Shown: positions 41,557 through 51,737, counted from the stretch's first letter. The stretch is DNA of 64,000 bases from an uncultured Gemmatimonadales bacterium (GCA_963851265.1 CAWKNZ010000002.1:1696001-1760000), one strand, 5' to 3'. The notes: generated by a model from the sequence alone, not told the origin. Numbers and translations: made by a program.

Positions 41557-42693
41557 TCAGAACTTCAGATCCGCGGCCTCCGCGAATTCGCGCATCTTCG
41601 CCTGCTGCTCCTCCGTGAGCCCCTCGGGCACCGTCACGCGCAACTCGACGATCATGTCGCCGCGCTGCTCGCCCTTGACGATCCCCTGCCCCCGCACCCG
41701 GAGCCGCCGTCCACTCGACGTTCCGGCCGGAATCCGCAGCGCGACCTTGGTCCCGTCGAGCGTCCGCACCTGCATCTTCGAACCCAGGGTTGCCTGCGCC
41801 AGGTTCACCGGAATCGTCGCGATGACGTCCAGCCCCTCGCGCCGGAACAACCGGTCCGGCTGAACCTGGAAGGTGATCACGAGGTCGCCCGGCGGCGCGC
41901 CCTGCTCGCCCCGCCCGCCCTGCCCCTTGAGCCGCACGCGTGAGCCCGAGTCCGCGCCCGCCGGCACCGTCACGTTCACCTGCTTGCGCGTGCGCACCTG
42001 CCCCGCCCCGCTGCACGTCGGACAGCGCTCGCTCGGGATCTGCCCGCGCCCCAGGCACATCGGGCACGGACGGTTCACGGCGAACCCGCCCTGGCCGAAC
42101 GAGATCGTGCCGCGCCCGCTGCACTCCGGGCACGTCTTCAGCGTCGCGCCCGGCGCCGCGCCGCTGCCGTGGCACGTCTCGCACTCCTCGCTCACCTCGA
42201 GTTCGACGGGCAGCTTCCCGCCTAACGCCGCCGTGCGGAACGGCACCTCGACGGTGATCTCGACCGTCTGACCGGGCTCGGGGCCGCGCCTCGCGCCGGC
42301 GCCGCCCGCGCGGTTGGCGCCGAAGATCGAACTGAAGATGTCGCCGAAGCCGCCCATCCCCCCGACGTCGACGTTCGAGAAGTCGAACTGCGCGCCGCCC
42401 GGGAATCCCTGCGCACCGCCGGGGCGGGCGCCCGCCGGACCGCGGCCGCCCGCGCCGAAGCCGCCGAACGCGCCCAGCCGGCGCATCTCGTCGTACTGCT
42501 TCCGCTTATCCGCGTCCCCGATGACGTTGTACGCCTCCGAAATCTCCTTGAAGCGCTCCGCGGCCTTCGGGTCGTTCTTGTTCGCGTCCGGGTGGTGCTG
42601 CTTCGCCAGCCGGCGGTACTGCTTTTTTATGTCAGCCTGCTCGGCCGTGGGCGACACGCCGAGCACCGCGTAGTAGTCGCTGTTCTGCGCCAT
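41557..42693 (-). CDS. dnaJ: Chaperone DnaJ
   Basis: J domain with HPD, G/F region, four CxxCxGxG repeats. Confidence 0.95.
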   Translation of the reverse strand: MAQNSDYYAVLGVSPTAEQADIKKQYRRLAKQHHPDANKNDPKAAERFKEISEAYNVIGDADKRKQYDEMRRLGAFGGFGAGGRGPAGARPGGAQGFPGGAQFDFSNVDVGGMGGFGDIFSSIFGANRAGGAGARRGPEPGQTVEITVEVPFRTAALGGKLPVELEVSEECETCHGSGAAPGATLKTCPECSGRGTISFGQGGFAVNRPCPMCLGRGQIPSERCPTCSGAGQVRTRKQVNVTVPAGADSGSRVRLKGQGGRGEQGAPPGDLVITFQVQPDRLFRREGLDVIATIPVNLAQATLGSKMQVRTLDGTKVALRIPAGTSSGRRLRVRGQGIVKGEQRGDMIVELRVTVPEGLTEEQQAKMREFAEAADLKF

Positions 42694-42696
42694 TCC

Positions 42697-43281
42697 TCAT
42701 CCCTGCCACTGCCGCACGACGACGCGCGCCGGCCGCAGCAGCTGACCGCCGAATCGGTACCCGAGCTGGTAGACGCGCGCGACCTGGTGGTCGTCGTCGC
42801 GACCCGCCGCGGGCTCCGTCCCGACCGCCTCGTGCAGCGCCGGGTCGAACGGCTGCGCCGTGGGATCGATGACCTCGAGCCCCGCGGACCCGAGCGCCTT
42901 GACCAGCTTCTTCTCGACCATGCCCACGCCGTCCACCACGGTCGTCACGTCCGTGGTCGACGGGTCGACGTGCGCGAAACGCGCGAGGTCGTCCATCGCG
43001 TCGAGCAGGTGTTTGACGAGCTCCGCCTGCGCGCGCGAGCCCGCGTCCATGCGCTCCCGTGCCGACCGCCGGCGATGGTTGTCGAACTCGGCCGCGAGCC
43101 GCAGGTAGCGGTCCTGGTGCTCGCTCAGCTGCCGCTGCAGGTCGTCGCCCGAGACCACCCCTCCGGCGGGCAGCGCGTCGGACGCCGGCGAACTTGGCGG
43201 GTTGGTCTCGAAGCCGTCACCCTGCGGGGTGGCCGCAGTCGCGGCGTCGGTAGCGGAAGCGGTCGGGTCGTAGGAAGCCAT
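42697..43281 (-). CDS. grpE: Nucleotide exchange factor GrpE
   Basis: YLRLAAEFDN, FDPALHEAV, GY...LLRPARVVV. Confidence 0.93.
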   Translation of the reverse strand: MASYDPTASATDAATAATPQGDGFETNPPSSPASDALPAGGVVSGDDLQRQLSEHQDRYLRLAAEFDNHRRRSARERMDAGSRAQAELVKHLLDAMDDLARFAHVDPSTTDVTTVVDGVGMVEKKLVKALGSAGLEVIDPTAQPFDPALHEAVGTEPAAGRDDDHQVARVYQLGYRFGGQLLRPARVVVRQWQG

Positions 43282-43374
43282 GGGTCGCAATCAGGAGGAC
43301 ACGATCGTGGGACACGATCCGCGCGGCCCACACGTAGGACGGCACGAGCGGCGGCGCGATCTGCGACAGAGGGT

Positions 43375-43390
43375 TGCAACGCGTATGCCC
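43375..43390 (-). promoter_or_regulatory. Putative sigma-54 (-24/-12) promoter upstream of grpE-dnaJ
   Basis: Minus strand GGGCATACGCGTTGCA has GG-N10-GC spacing, about 95 bp before grpE. Confidence 0.4.
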
Positions 43391-43482
43391 CCCACAGCTG
43401 CCGGGACGGCGCGCGCGCGTCGTCCCGGTGTGCCGAGTGGGCCCACCGGCCTGCCGGTTCAGCGCAGCATGCCGCGCCGGGT

Positions 43483-44796
43483 TCAGCGCGCGACCAGCGC
43501 AGGCGCGTCGTCGAGTGTGGGGAGCGGCCTGGCGTGCGTCGTGAGCGCCCGGCGTACGAGATCCATCGCGTACTGCGCGGCGCGAAACCGAATCTCCTCC
43601 CGGTCGCCGACGAAGACGTTTCGCACCGTCCGGACCTGCCCCGCCACGTCGATCCCCATCCAAACCGTTCCCACCGGCTTCTCGTCCGACCCGCCGCCCG
43701 GCCCCGCCACGCCGGTGAGCGCGATACCGACATCCGCCCCCACCCGAGCGCGCGCGCCGGCCGCCATCTGCGCCGCAACCCGCTCGCTCACGGCGCCGTC
43801 CGCGGCCAGCACCGAGGGGTCGACGCCGAGCTGCGCGACCTTCACGTCGTTGGCGTACGCGATGACTCCGCCCCTGACCACGTCGCTCGACCCCGCGACA
43901 CTCGTCAGCCGTGCGCCGAGCAGACCGCCGGTGCAGCTTTCCGCGGTCGCGATCGTGAATCCGCGCGGGCGACACGCGTCGAGCACCACCGCGGCGAGGT
44001 CGGTGTCCCCTTCGCCGTAGATCCAGTCGGCCACCCGAGCGCGCACGAGGTCGCCCGCCCGGGCGAGCGCGGCGTCGGCCGCATCCGCGCCGAGTCCGCG
44101 CACGGTCAGGCGTAGATCGGTCCCCTCGCGCCCGGGCAGATACGCGAGCGAGCAGCCCTCCGCCCCCCGCGCGAGGTCGCCGAGCCGATCCGCGATCGCG
44201 CTCTCCGCGATGGACGTCGTGCGCAACGTGCGCGACCGAACGACGGTGGGCGCGACGCCGCCCGATGCGGCCCGCGCGCGCTCCGTGATGATCGGGAGCA
44301 GTTCGTCGCCCAGCATGCCACGCATCTCGCGCGGCACGCCCGGGAGCATCGCCACCCAGCGCCCTCGCTCGTCCTCCAGCCACACGCCCGGTGCCGATCC
44401 GTGGCGATTGACGAGGACGCGCGCTCCCTCCGGGAGCATCGCCTGCTGCCGATTGCTCGCGGGCAGGTCCCGCCCGAACCGCGCCTTCCAGCGGGTTTCG
44501 AGCGAGGCGAGGATCTCCTCGTTCAGCACCATCCCGCGCCCGAACAGCGCGGCGATGCTCGGCTTCGAGAGGTCGTCCGCGGTCGGGCCGAGGCCGCCGG
44601 TCGTGATCACCGCGCCGGTGCGCTCGAGGGCTTCGCGGACGGCCTCGGCGATCTCGCTCGCGGCGTCACCGACGCTCGCGCGGCGCACCACGGTCACGCC
44701 GACCGCTGCGAGTTCGCGGGCGAGGTGCGCACCGTTGGTGTCGATGGTGAAGCCGAGGAGCAGCTCGTCCCCGATCGTGATGATCTCGATTTGCAT
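43483..44796 (-). CDS. cinA: Competence/damage-inducible protein CinA (NMN deamidase)
   Basis: IGDELLLG, TGGLGPT.DD, LPGVPREM, TAESCTGG, TGVAGPGG. Confidence 0.93.
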   Translation of the reverse strand: MQIEIITIGDELLLGFTIDTNGAHLARELAAVGVTVVRRASVGDAASEIAEAVREALERTGAVITTGGLGPTADDLSKPSIAALFGRGMVLNEEILASLETRWKARFGRDLPASNRQQAMLPEGARVLVNRHGSAPGVWLEDERGRWVAMLPGVPREMRGMLGDELLPIITERARAASGGVAPTVVRSRTLRTTSIAESAIADRLGDLARGAEGCSLAYLPGREGTDLRLTVRGLGADAADAALARAGDLVRARVADWIYGEGDTDLAAVVLDACRPRGFTIATAESCTGGLLGARLTSVAGSSDVVRGGVIAYANDVKVAQLGVDPSVLAADGAVSERVAAQMAAGARARVGADVGIALTGVAGPGGGSDEKPVGTVWMGIDVAGQVRTVRNVFVGDREEIRFRAAQYAMDLVRRALTTHARPLPTLDDAPALVAR

Positions 44797-45017
44797 GGCG
44801 ACGTGCTATGCCGACGATGTGCCGTCGGGCCTCGTGCGCGTCGGCGAGCCGGAGGTTCGTTCGCGTGACATCGGCGCGCCGACGCCGACACGTCCGGCGT
44901 GACGCTCGAGAGCACCCGACCGTCCATGCCGCGAACCTTCCTTCCCGTTCCGGCCGGTTCGGCATCCCGCGGGCTGCCGCGCAGCCGTCGCTCGCGCCAT
45001 TCGCCCCGCTCGGTCGC

Positions 45018-46148
45018 ATGCTCGCACTCCTGCGCCAATGGTTACGGCGCCGCCCCACCGAGGCGCCCGCCGTTCCGCCGGCCGCTGCCGCCGCGCCCGC
45101 GGTCGCGGCCGTCGTCGCGCCGCCGCCGACACCCGCGCCGGTTCGCCCGGCACTCGCACCCGTGGTGCTCGACACGCATACGATCGAGCTCCTGACCGCC
45201 GTCGTCGGCGCGCGCGTCGAGGAGTTGCACGCCGCCCCGCCGCCGCCCAAGGCCGACGCGGGCTACGGTGCCGGTCTGCGCGCGCTCACGGCGGCGGTGG
45301 TCGGCGCCCCGGCCGACGCGGTTCGCCAGTTGCCGAGCGCGGCGCGAGACGCCCTGGCCGTCTGCGACGACCCGAGCGCCGGCGCGGCCGAGCTCGCGCG
45401 CGTCTGTGAGGGCGATCTCGCCGTCGCGCGCGCGCTCCTTCGCGAGGCGAACTCGATTTTCTACGCGCGCGCTGGCCTCGCACCGGCTGCGTCGCTGCGA
45501 GAGGCCATCGACCGGGTCGGCACCGGCGGCGTGCGCAACGTGCTCGTCGACGTGACGATCTCGGCCCTGCTCTGCGCTCCCGGTTCGAGGTACGCGGCCA
45601 TCACGGCGGCGATCTGGGCGCACGCGCAGCGCACGGCCGCCCTGGCGCGTGCGGCCGCCCCGGCGTTCGGCGTCTCGGCCGAACGGGCGTACGCGGCGGG
45701 ACTCCTCCACGACGTGGGCAAGCTCGTGCTCCTCGACCGGGCGGCGGCGCTCGCCGAGGAACGGGCTGCACCCGCCCTCGCGTGGCCCGCGCTGCGTGCC
45801 GCGCTCGTCGCGCTCCACGAACCGCTCGGCGCACTCGCCGTCCTGCGGTGGGGCATGGGCGCCGAAACGGCCGGCGCGATCGCGACGCATCACCGCGCCC
45901 CCGCGCCGGCCTCGCGCGACGCGATGAGCGAGGTGATCTGCCTCGCCGAGCGGGTGGACCACGCGGCGACGCGTGGCGAGGCGCTGGACTTGGACGCGCT
46001 GTGGAGCGAGTGCGCACTCGGCGGCACGCGTTCGCGCGCCGTGGGGGCTCTCGCCCGACAGCTCGGGCCGATCACGCCGTTCGCGGTCGACGATGCCGGC
46101 GAGCCGGAACACGGCGCATCGCGCCTGAGCCGGCTCGCCGGGCGGTAG
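45018..46148 (+). CDS. HDOD domain protein
   Basis: D..VARALLREANS.FY, SLREAI.RVG, W.HA..TA, AGLLHDVGK. Confidence 0.82.
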   Translation: MLALLRQWLRRRPTEAPAVPPAAAAAPAVAAVVAPPPTPAPVRPALAPVVLDTHTIELLTAVVGARVEELHAAPPPPKADAGYGAGLRALTAAVVGAPADAVRQLPSAARDALAVCDDPSAGAAELARVCEGDLAVARALLREANSIFYARAGLAPAASLREAIDRVGTGGVRNVLVDVTISALLCAPGSRYAAITAAIWAHAQRTAALARAAAPAFGVSAERAYAAGLLHDVGKLVLLDRAAALAEERAAPALAWPALRAALVALHEPLGALAVLRWGMGAETAGAIATHHRAPAPASRDAMSEVICLAERVDHAATRGEALDLDALWSECALGGTRSRAVGALARQLGPITPFAVDDAGEPEHGASRLSRLAGR

Positions 46149-46181
46149 ACCCGACGCGCGCGCCGTGGCGGTGCGACGTCG

Positions 46182-46883
46182 TCAGGCCGTGCCGGACGCG
46201 GGATTCCGCCGCAACACGGCGCCGTAGCGCCGCGCGTAGATCCAGAGCGAGTAGAGCGTGAGCGCGACCGCGATCGCCATCGTCGCCGCGCCCACGACGC
46301 CGTTGAACAGCGCGAACGCGTGCCACCACGCGCCCGCCGCCCACGTGCGCCCCTCCGCGAGTGAGGCGGCGAAGAACCAGAAGTAGGCGGCGCCCACCCA
46401 CGTCGCCTGGAACCCCGTCTTCCACTTTGCCGGGCCGATCGCGGCGATCACGACGCCGCGTCGCGCGGCGACCTGGCGGAACGCGGTCATCAGCGCCTCG
46501 CGGCCGAGCACGACGAGCACGACCCACCAGGGGAGCGTCACGAGGCCTAACGGCGTCACGAACGGCAGCGGCGGGCGCGCCGCGGCGTCGGCGGGAATGA
46601 CGAGCGACCCGACGCGGCCCATGAGCCAGTACATCGGGACGAACGTCGCGACGAGCAGCAGCTTGTCGGCGAGCGGGTCGAGCAGGCGGCCGAGGTCGGT
46701 GACCAGGTTGCGCGTGCGCGCGAGGTGGCCGTCCCAGTAGTCGGTGACGGCGGCCGCGACGTAAAGCAGGAACGCGGCGAGCCGCGTGCCCGGCGTCGGT
46801 GCGAACGGCAACCACGCGATGAGCGGCGCGACCGCGATGCGGGCGACGGTGATCGCGTTCGGGAGGTTCACGGAGCGGGGCAC
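46182..46883 (-). CDS. pgsA: CDP-alcohol phosphatidyltransferase (PgsA-like)
   Basis: NLPNAITVARI, TDYWDGHLAR, GRLLDPLADK. Confidence 0.85.
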   Translation of the reverse strand: MPRSVNLPNAITVARIAVAPLIAWLPFAPTPGTRLAAFLLYVAAAVTDYWDGHLARTRNLVTDLGRLLDPLADKLLLVATFVPMYWLMGRVGSLVIPADAAARPPLPFVTPLGLVTLPWWVVLVVLGREALMTAFRQVAARRGVVIAAIGPAKWKTGFQATWVGAAYFWFFAASLAEGRTWAAGAWWHAFALFNGVVGAATMAIAVALTLYSLWIYARRYGAVLRRNPASGTA

Positions 46884-46942
46884 AAGAACCCGCTAAGCTA
46901 AACCCCCCGCCCGGGTGGCGCGTCGGCGCGCGTGAGGCCGCG

Positions 46943-47620
46943 TCAGCCGATCGCGCGAATCACGAGCTTCGACACGGCCTTGAGGGTGTCGAACACGCCG
47001 GCCCCCGACGACGCGACCGCCTCGAACGTCGGCGCCTTTTCCCACCACTCGCCCGTCGGCAGCTGCTCGACGAGCAGTTCGCCCGGGCGGAAAGGATTCT
47101 CCGCGGGTCGCTGCTTCGCCGGATCGGTGACCTCCCACCCGGGGTTCAGCACGCCGTCCAACTCCGCCGTGGCCGCGGCGTCGGGCAGGTCGCGCTTGTT
47201 GTACTGCACGACGAACGGCAGCTTGGTGAGGTCGTAGCCGTGTTCGGCGAGATTGTCGTACAGGTTCTGCATCGATTCGACGTTGGCCTCGTGCCGGTCG
47301 GCCTGCGAGTCCGCGACGAAGACTACCCCGTCGACGCCGCGCAGGATCAGGCGGCGGCTCGCGTTGTAGTAGACCTGTCCGGGCACCGTGTACAGGTGGA
47401 ACCGGGTGCGGAAGCCGCGGATCGTACCGAGGTCGACCGGCAGGAAGTCGAAGAAGAGTGTGCGCTCGTTCTCGGTCGCGAGCGAGATGAGCTTGCCGCG
47501 CGTGGCCGGGCTCACCTGTTCGTACACGTATTCAAGATTCGTCGTCTTGCCGCCGAGGCCGGGGCCGTAGTAGACGATCTTGCAGTTGATCTCGCGCGAG
47601 GCGTAGTTGACCATCGACAT
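46943..47620 (-). CDS. mglA: MglA family small GTPase
   Basis: [44 protein letters not shown]. Confidence 0.93.
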   Translation of the reverse strand: MSMVNYASREINCKIVYYGPGLGGKTTNLEYVYEQVSPATRGKLISLATENERTLFFDFLPVDLGTIRGFRTRFHLYTVPGQVYYNASRRLILRGVDGVVFVADSQADRHEANVESMQNLYDNLAEHGYDLTKLPFVVQYNKRDLPDAAATAELDGVLNPGWEVTDPAKQRPAENPFRPGELLVEQLPTGEWWEKAPTFEAVASSGAGVFDTLKAVSKLVIRAIG

Positions 47621-47644
47621 GGGCGTTCTCCGGATGGGTGTGCG

Positions 47645-48223
47645 TTAGGAGAAGAGCCGGTCGATCTCGTCTTCGGCGCCGGCGAGCAGGTCTGTGAGGA
47701 AGGCCGGCAGCGGCGCGGCCGGCGGGCCGGCGGGCGTCGCCCCGGCCGGCGGTGCGGGGTTGGGCGTGGCGTTGGGCGCGGCTCCGGGCGCCACGTTAGG
47801 CCCCGGCGAGCGTTCGAACACGCGCTCGAAGCGCGCGGCGAGCGTGTCGACGACGCCGCGCAGCTTGAGGCGCACGAGGCCGAGCGTGGTCCGGTTGTCG
47901 AAGAGGACGACGAGGATCACGCGGCGCGCGACGTCGGCCAGGTACATCGACTCGCGCTCGCCCTGGTGGAAGAGCGTCGTGAAGTCGCGCTCGCCGATCA
48001 GCCGCGCGAGCTGGTCGTTGGCGCTGAAGTCGGCCGCCGTGAGCGACGCGAACGCGACGGCGTCGAACGCGGGCACCTCGCCCACGGTGGCGACGAGCTG
48101 GCCCGCGCGGTCGACGAGCAGCGCGGAGCGCGCGCCGGTCTCGCGCAGGAAGCTCTGCACGGCCCCGCTGATCGCGTGCGCGTCGTCGTCGGTGAAGGTC
48201 CAGCTAACGGCGCCGGGGGGCAT
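47645..48223 (-). CDS. mglB: MglB roadblock/LC7 protein
   Basis: LLVDRAGQL, FASLTAADF, LFHQGE, TTLGLVRL, C-terminal EDEIDRLFS; adjacent to mglA. Confidence 0.9.
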   Translation of the reverse strand: MPPGAVSWTFTDDDAHAISGAVQSFLRETGARSALLVDRAGQLVATVGEVPAFDAVAFASLTAADFSANDQLARLIGERDFTTLFHQGERESMYLADVARRVILVVLFDNRTTLGLVRLKLRGVVDTLAARFERVFERSPGPNVAPGAAPNATPNPAPPAGATPAGPPAAPLPAFLTDLLAGAEDEIDRLFS

Positions 48224-48286
48224 GGCCGGGGGATGAGGTTCCGCCCCCGGCGCGGCGCGTCTCCGGCCGATCCCCTGTGGGGAACG

Positions 48287-48706
48287 CTAGAGCGACGCTT
48301 CGACCGCCCGGAGGACGCGGCGCGCGCGGCGCCGCAGCAGCGGGTGCGTCTCCCAGCGCAGGTAATCGCGCAGGAGTCTCGCCGTATCTACGCTCGGACG
48401 GGCCGCCAGGTAACTCAGCGCGTGGTAGCGGCTCATCGGGTGCGCCGAGAACAGCCCGCGCCGGCTGCCGGCCATGAGTCGGTCCCACACCGCCGCACCG
48501 ACGGCCAACCCGCCCGCGAACCCCGCCCCGAGCAGGAGGCCGGCGGGCACCGTCCCGAAGGTGCGTCCGGAATCACTCGCGCGTTCCCAATCCACGCGCC
48601 GGCGTCCGCCTCCGCCTCCGCGCCGGTCGGCGGACGCCGCAGCGCGTCGCTCGCCGGTCTGTCCCGCCGTGGACTCGGTGTCCTGCCAGGGCAGCCGCAT
48701 CGTCAC
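48287..48706 (-). CDS. Hypothetical membrane-anchored protein
   Basis: One TM segment and a helical C-terminus (LLRDYLRWE.HP.LRRRA); overlaps the recR stop. Confidence 0.65.
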   Translation of the reverse strand: MTMRLPWQDTESTAGQTGERRAAASADRRGGGGGRRRVDWERASDSGRTFGTVPAGLLLGAGFAGGLAVGAAVWDRLMAGSRRGLFSAHPMSRYHALSYLAARPSVDTARLLRDYLRWETHPLLRRRARRVLRAVEASL

Positions 48707-49296
48707 ATCTCCCGACGCGCCGAGAGCGCCTGCGCGATCGTCACCCCGTCGGCGTACTCCAGATCGCCGCCCACGGGCAGTCCGCGCGCGATGCGCGTGA
48801 CCTGCACGGCGGGAGCCTGCGCGGCGAGCTGGCGCTGCACGTACAGCGCGGTCGCCTCGCCCTCCATACTCGGATTCGTGGCGAGGATGACCTCGCGCAC
48901 GCCCCCGCCCTGCGCCCGCGTCACGAGCTGGTCGATCGCGAGGTCCTCGGGCATCACACCGTCGAGCGGCGAGAGCCGGCCGCCGAGCACGTGGTACACG
49001 CCACGGTACTCGCCCGTGCGCTCGATCGCGCCGATGTCGCTCGCCTCCTCGACCGCGCAGAGCACGGCGGCGTCGCGCCGCGGGTCACGGCACACGGCGC
49101 AGCGGTCCTCCTCGGTGAGGTTTCCGCACTCCGCGCACGGGCGGACCCGCTCCGTGAGCGTGGTGAGCGCGTCGGCCAGGCGCCGGCTCTGCTCCGGGCG
49201 TTGCCGCAGCAGGTGGTAGGTCAGGCGGAGCGCGGTCTTCCGCCCGATGCCGGGCAGCTTCGCGAACTCGCTCGCCAACTCGTCGATCGCGGACAC
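48703..49296 (-). CDS. recR: Recombination protein RecR
   Basis: LPGIGRKTA.RL, C4 Zn finger, YHVLGG.LSPLDG, ATNP..EGEATA. Confidence 0.96.
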   Translation of the reverse strand: MSAIDELASEFAKLPGIGRKTALRLTYHLLRQRPEQSRRLADALTTLTERVRPCAECGNLTEEDRCAVCRDPRRDAAVLCAVEEASDIGAIERTGEYRGVYHVLGGRLSPLDGVMPEDLAIDQLVTRAQGGGVREVILATNPSMEGEATALYVQRQLAAQAPAVQVTRIARGLPVGGDLEYADGVTIAQALSARREM

Positions 49297-49327
49297 GTGC
49301 GGGGGCGGATAGCGGCCGGAAGGGTCG

Positions 49328-49642
49328 TCAGAAAGGCAGGTTGAACGGCAGGTCCATGCCGCCGGTCGCCTTACCCATCTCGGACTCCTGCAGCGCCTGC
49401 GCCTTGCGTTGCGCGTCGGCGACGGCCACGGCGATCAAGTCTTCCAGCATCGCCACGTCCGCCGGGTCGACCACCCGGGGGTCGAGCGTGACCTTGCGCA
49501 CGGTCCCACGCCCATCGGCGTCGACCGTGACCATGCCGCCGCCCGCCGTGCCGGTCACCGTGCGGTCGGCGAGCGCGTCCTGCGCTTCCTGCAGCCGGCT
49601 CTGCATCTGCTGCGCCTGCTGCATGAGTTGGGAGAGGTCCAT
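49328..49642 (-). CDS. ybaB: YbaB/EbfC nucleoid-associated protein
   Basis: MQQAQQMQ, GTAGGGMVTV, MLEDLI..AV; lies between dnaX and recR. Confidence 0.93.
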   Translation of the reverse strand: MDLSQLMQQAQQMQSRLQEAQDALADRTVTGTAGGGMVTVDADGRGTVRKVTLDPRVVDPADVAMLEDLIAVAVADAQRKAQALQESEMGKATGGMDLPFNLPF

Positions 49643-49781
49643 GGGGGCAACCTAACGGGGTGAGATTGGTGCGACGCGTGGCGCGATGTCCGCCGCGGCC
49701 GCATCGCGCGTCATGCGGGTCCGGCTGTTCGCGGTGTGCCGAGTCGGGCACGTCTGCTCGCGCACGCCTACCGGAGGAACG

Positions 49782-51737
49782 CTACTCGAGCAATTCGAGG
49801 TCGAGCGCTTCGATGGCGGCGCCGAGCACACGGTCGCGACGCGCGAGCGTCGCGAGCCGCTCTGCACGTACCCCTTCGGCGGTCAGGCGTTGCGGCGCCG
49901 CGCCGCCCTGGGGTGCCGCCGCGCCGTTCGCCCGCAGCACGACCCGCGCCGCCCCAGGGTGGACGTGCCGCACGGCGCCGATCACGTCGTCGTGGGCCGC
50001 GGAGAGCGCCTGCGCGTACGCGTCGTTCGGCTCGATCAGTTCGACGGTGACGACGCCCGCCGCACTCAGCGCGACGGGGCGCGTTGCGGCGAGTGCACTC
50101 GCGACGAGCGGTCGCACGGCCCGCGCCGCGTCGACCACCGCGGACCACCGCGCCGCGAGCGTGACGACGTCGCCATGCGCGTCGGCGGGCATCGGCGCAC
50201 CGTTCGGCAGCGGTGCCGGGTAGCTCGGCGTCTGGGGCGCATGCGCCGCGTCGACCAGCGGCGCCGGCGCGACGCTCCGCGTTGGCGCGCGCACCGCGGG
50301 TCGCTCCAGCACCGCCGTAATCGGCCCGTTGCCGATCGGCCCGTCACTGATCGACGCCTCGCTGATCGGACCGTCGGGGTGGTCCGGCAGCGGCGCCTCG
50401 CGGTGCCACGCGGGTGGACGCGCGTCGTCGACGGCGCTCTCGTACGCGGCGCGAAGGCTCGCCCCCGCAGACGGACGCGTCGTCGCGCGCCCCGCGTCGG
50501 CGGGAGGCGTGCGACCGGCAGGCCGGGGGGGCGCCGACGACGGGCCGGTAACCGGGGTGCGAGCGGGACCACTCCCCAGCGGACCGCCGTCGAGGCCGCG
50601 GAGCACGGTTTCGAGGTCGACCGCGCGGTCGGCGAGTGCGAAGCGCACGAGCAGCGTCTCGAGCAGGAGTTGCTGTTGCCCGCTCTTGCGGATGCGCGGC
50701 TCGGCTTCGACGAGGATCTGCAGCATGCGCACGAGGTCCGACGCGCCGAGGTGGCCCGGGCGGCCCGCGCGCTCGGCCAGCGCCGCGCGCAGGCGTTCCG
50801 AGACGTCGGGCGCGTCGCCCCCGAGCGTGAGGGCGAGGAGCGCGCGCATCGCGTCGCCGAGCCCGGCCACGAACAGCGCGAAGTCGACGCCACCTTCGGC
50901 GAGGCGCGCGACCTGGGCGAACACGTCGCCCGCACGCCGGTCGGCGACGAGGTCGACGACGGCGACGTACTCCTCCTCGGGCACGAGGCCTAACGCCTCG
51001 CGCACGCGCTCCGCCGTGACGCGCGCGTCCGCGCCGAGCGAGAGCACCTGGTCGGTGAGCGAGAGCGCGTCGCGCAGGCCGCCGTCCGCCGCGCGCGCGA
51101 TCGCGCCGAGCGCGTCGGGCTCGAACGGCACGTGCTCGGCGTCGAGCACGGCGGCCAGTCGCGCGCGGATCTCGCCGGGCCCGATGCGCTTGAGGTCGAA
51201 GCGCTGGAGCCGGCTGAGAATCGGCGCGGCCGCCTGCGCGATTTTTTGCGGCTCCGTGGTGCAGAAGACGAACACCACGCGAGGCGGCGGCTCCTCGAGC
51301 ACCTTGAGGAGCGCGTTCCACGCCTCGCGCGTGAGCATGTGGGCCTCGTCCACGATGTAGACCTTGTACCGGCCCTCGCCCGACGGGGCGTACATCGCAC
51401 GCTCGCGCAGGTCGCGCGCGTCGTCCACCGAGCGGTTGGACGCGGCATCGATCTCGACGACGTCGAGCGACGAGGCCCCGCTCCAGATGCGCCGGCAGCT
51501 TTCGCACGCCCCGCACGGCTCGCCGTCGGGGTGCTCGGCCCGGCGCTCACAGTTGAGTGCCATCGCGAGTACGCGCGCGAGCGTCGTCTTGCCCGTCCCG
51601 CGCGGCCCGCACAGGAGGTAGCCGTGCGCGACGCGGCCGCGCGCGATGGCCCCCTTCAACGTGTTCGAGACGTGCGACTGGACGGCGACGTCGGCGAACG
51701 ACTTGGGGCGGTACTTCCGGGCGAGGGCGAGCGACAT
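49782..51737 (-). CDS. dnaX: DNA polymerase III subunit gamma/tau
   Basis: LARKYRP, GPRGTGKTT, EIDAASN, IVDEAHML, LLKVLEEPP. Confidence 0.96.
   Translation of the reverse strand: MSLALARKYRPKSFADVAVQSHVSNTLKGAIARGRVAHGYLLCGPRGTGKTTLARVLAMALNCERRAEHPDGEPCGACESCRRIWSGASSLDVVEIDAASNRSVDDARDLRERAMYAPSGEGRYKVYIVDEAHMLTREAWNALLKVLEEPPPRVVFVFCTTEPQKIAQAAAPILSRLQRFDLKRIGPGEIRARLAAVLDAEHVPFEPDALGAIARAADGGLRDALSLTDQVLSLGADARVTAERVREALGLVPEEEYVAVVDLVADRRAGDVFAQVARLAEGGVDFALFVAGLGDAMRALLALTLGGDAPDVSERLRAALAERAGRPGHLGASDLVRMLQILVEAEPRIRKSGQQQLLLETLLVRFALADRAVDLETVLRGLDGGPLGSGPARTPVTGPSSAPPRPAGRTPPADAGRATTRPSAGASLRAAYESAVDDARPPAWHREAPLPDHPDGPISEASISDGPIGNGPITAVLERPAVRAPTRSVAPAPLVDAAHAPQTPSYPAPLPNGAPMPADAHGDVVTLAARWSAVVDAARAVRPLVASALAATRPVALSAAGVVTVELIEPNDAYAQALSAAHDDVIGAVRHVHPGAARVVLRANGAAAPQGGAAPQRLTAEGVRAERLATLARRDRVLGAAIEALDLELLE

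Noticed and set aside
50310..50380. Short DGPI-like peptide repeats in the DnaX linker
   Set aside because: Low-complexity variable linkers are ordinary in DnaX.
51241..51248. A6 run in dnaX as a programmed frameshift site
   Set aside because: It lies inside the AAA+ domain (about codon 165), is not the A-AAA-AAG heptamer, and is far from where a gamma/tau shift would occur.
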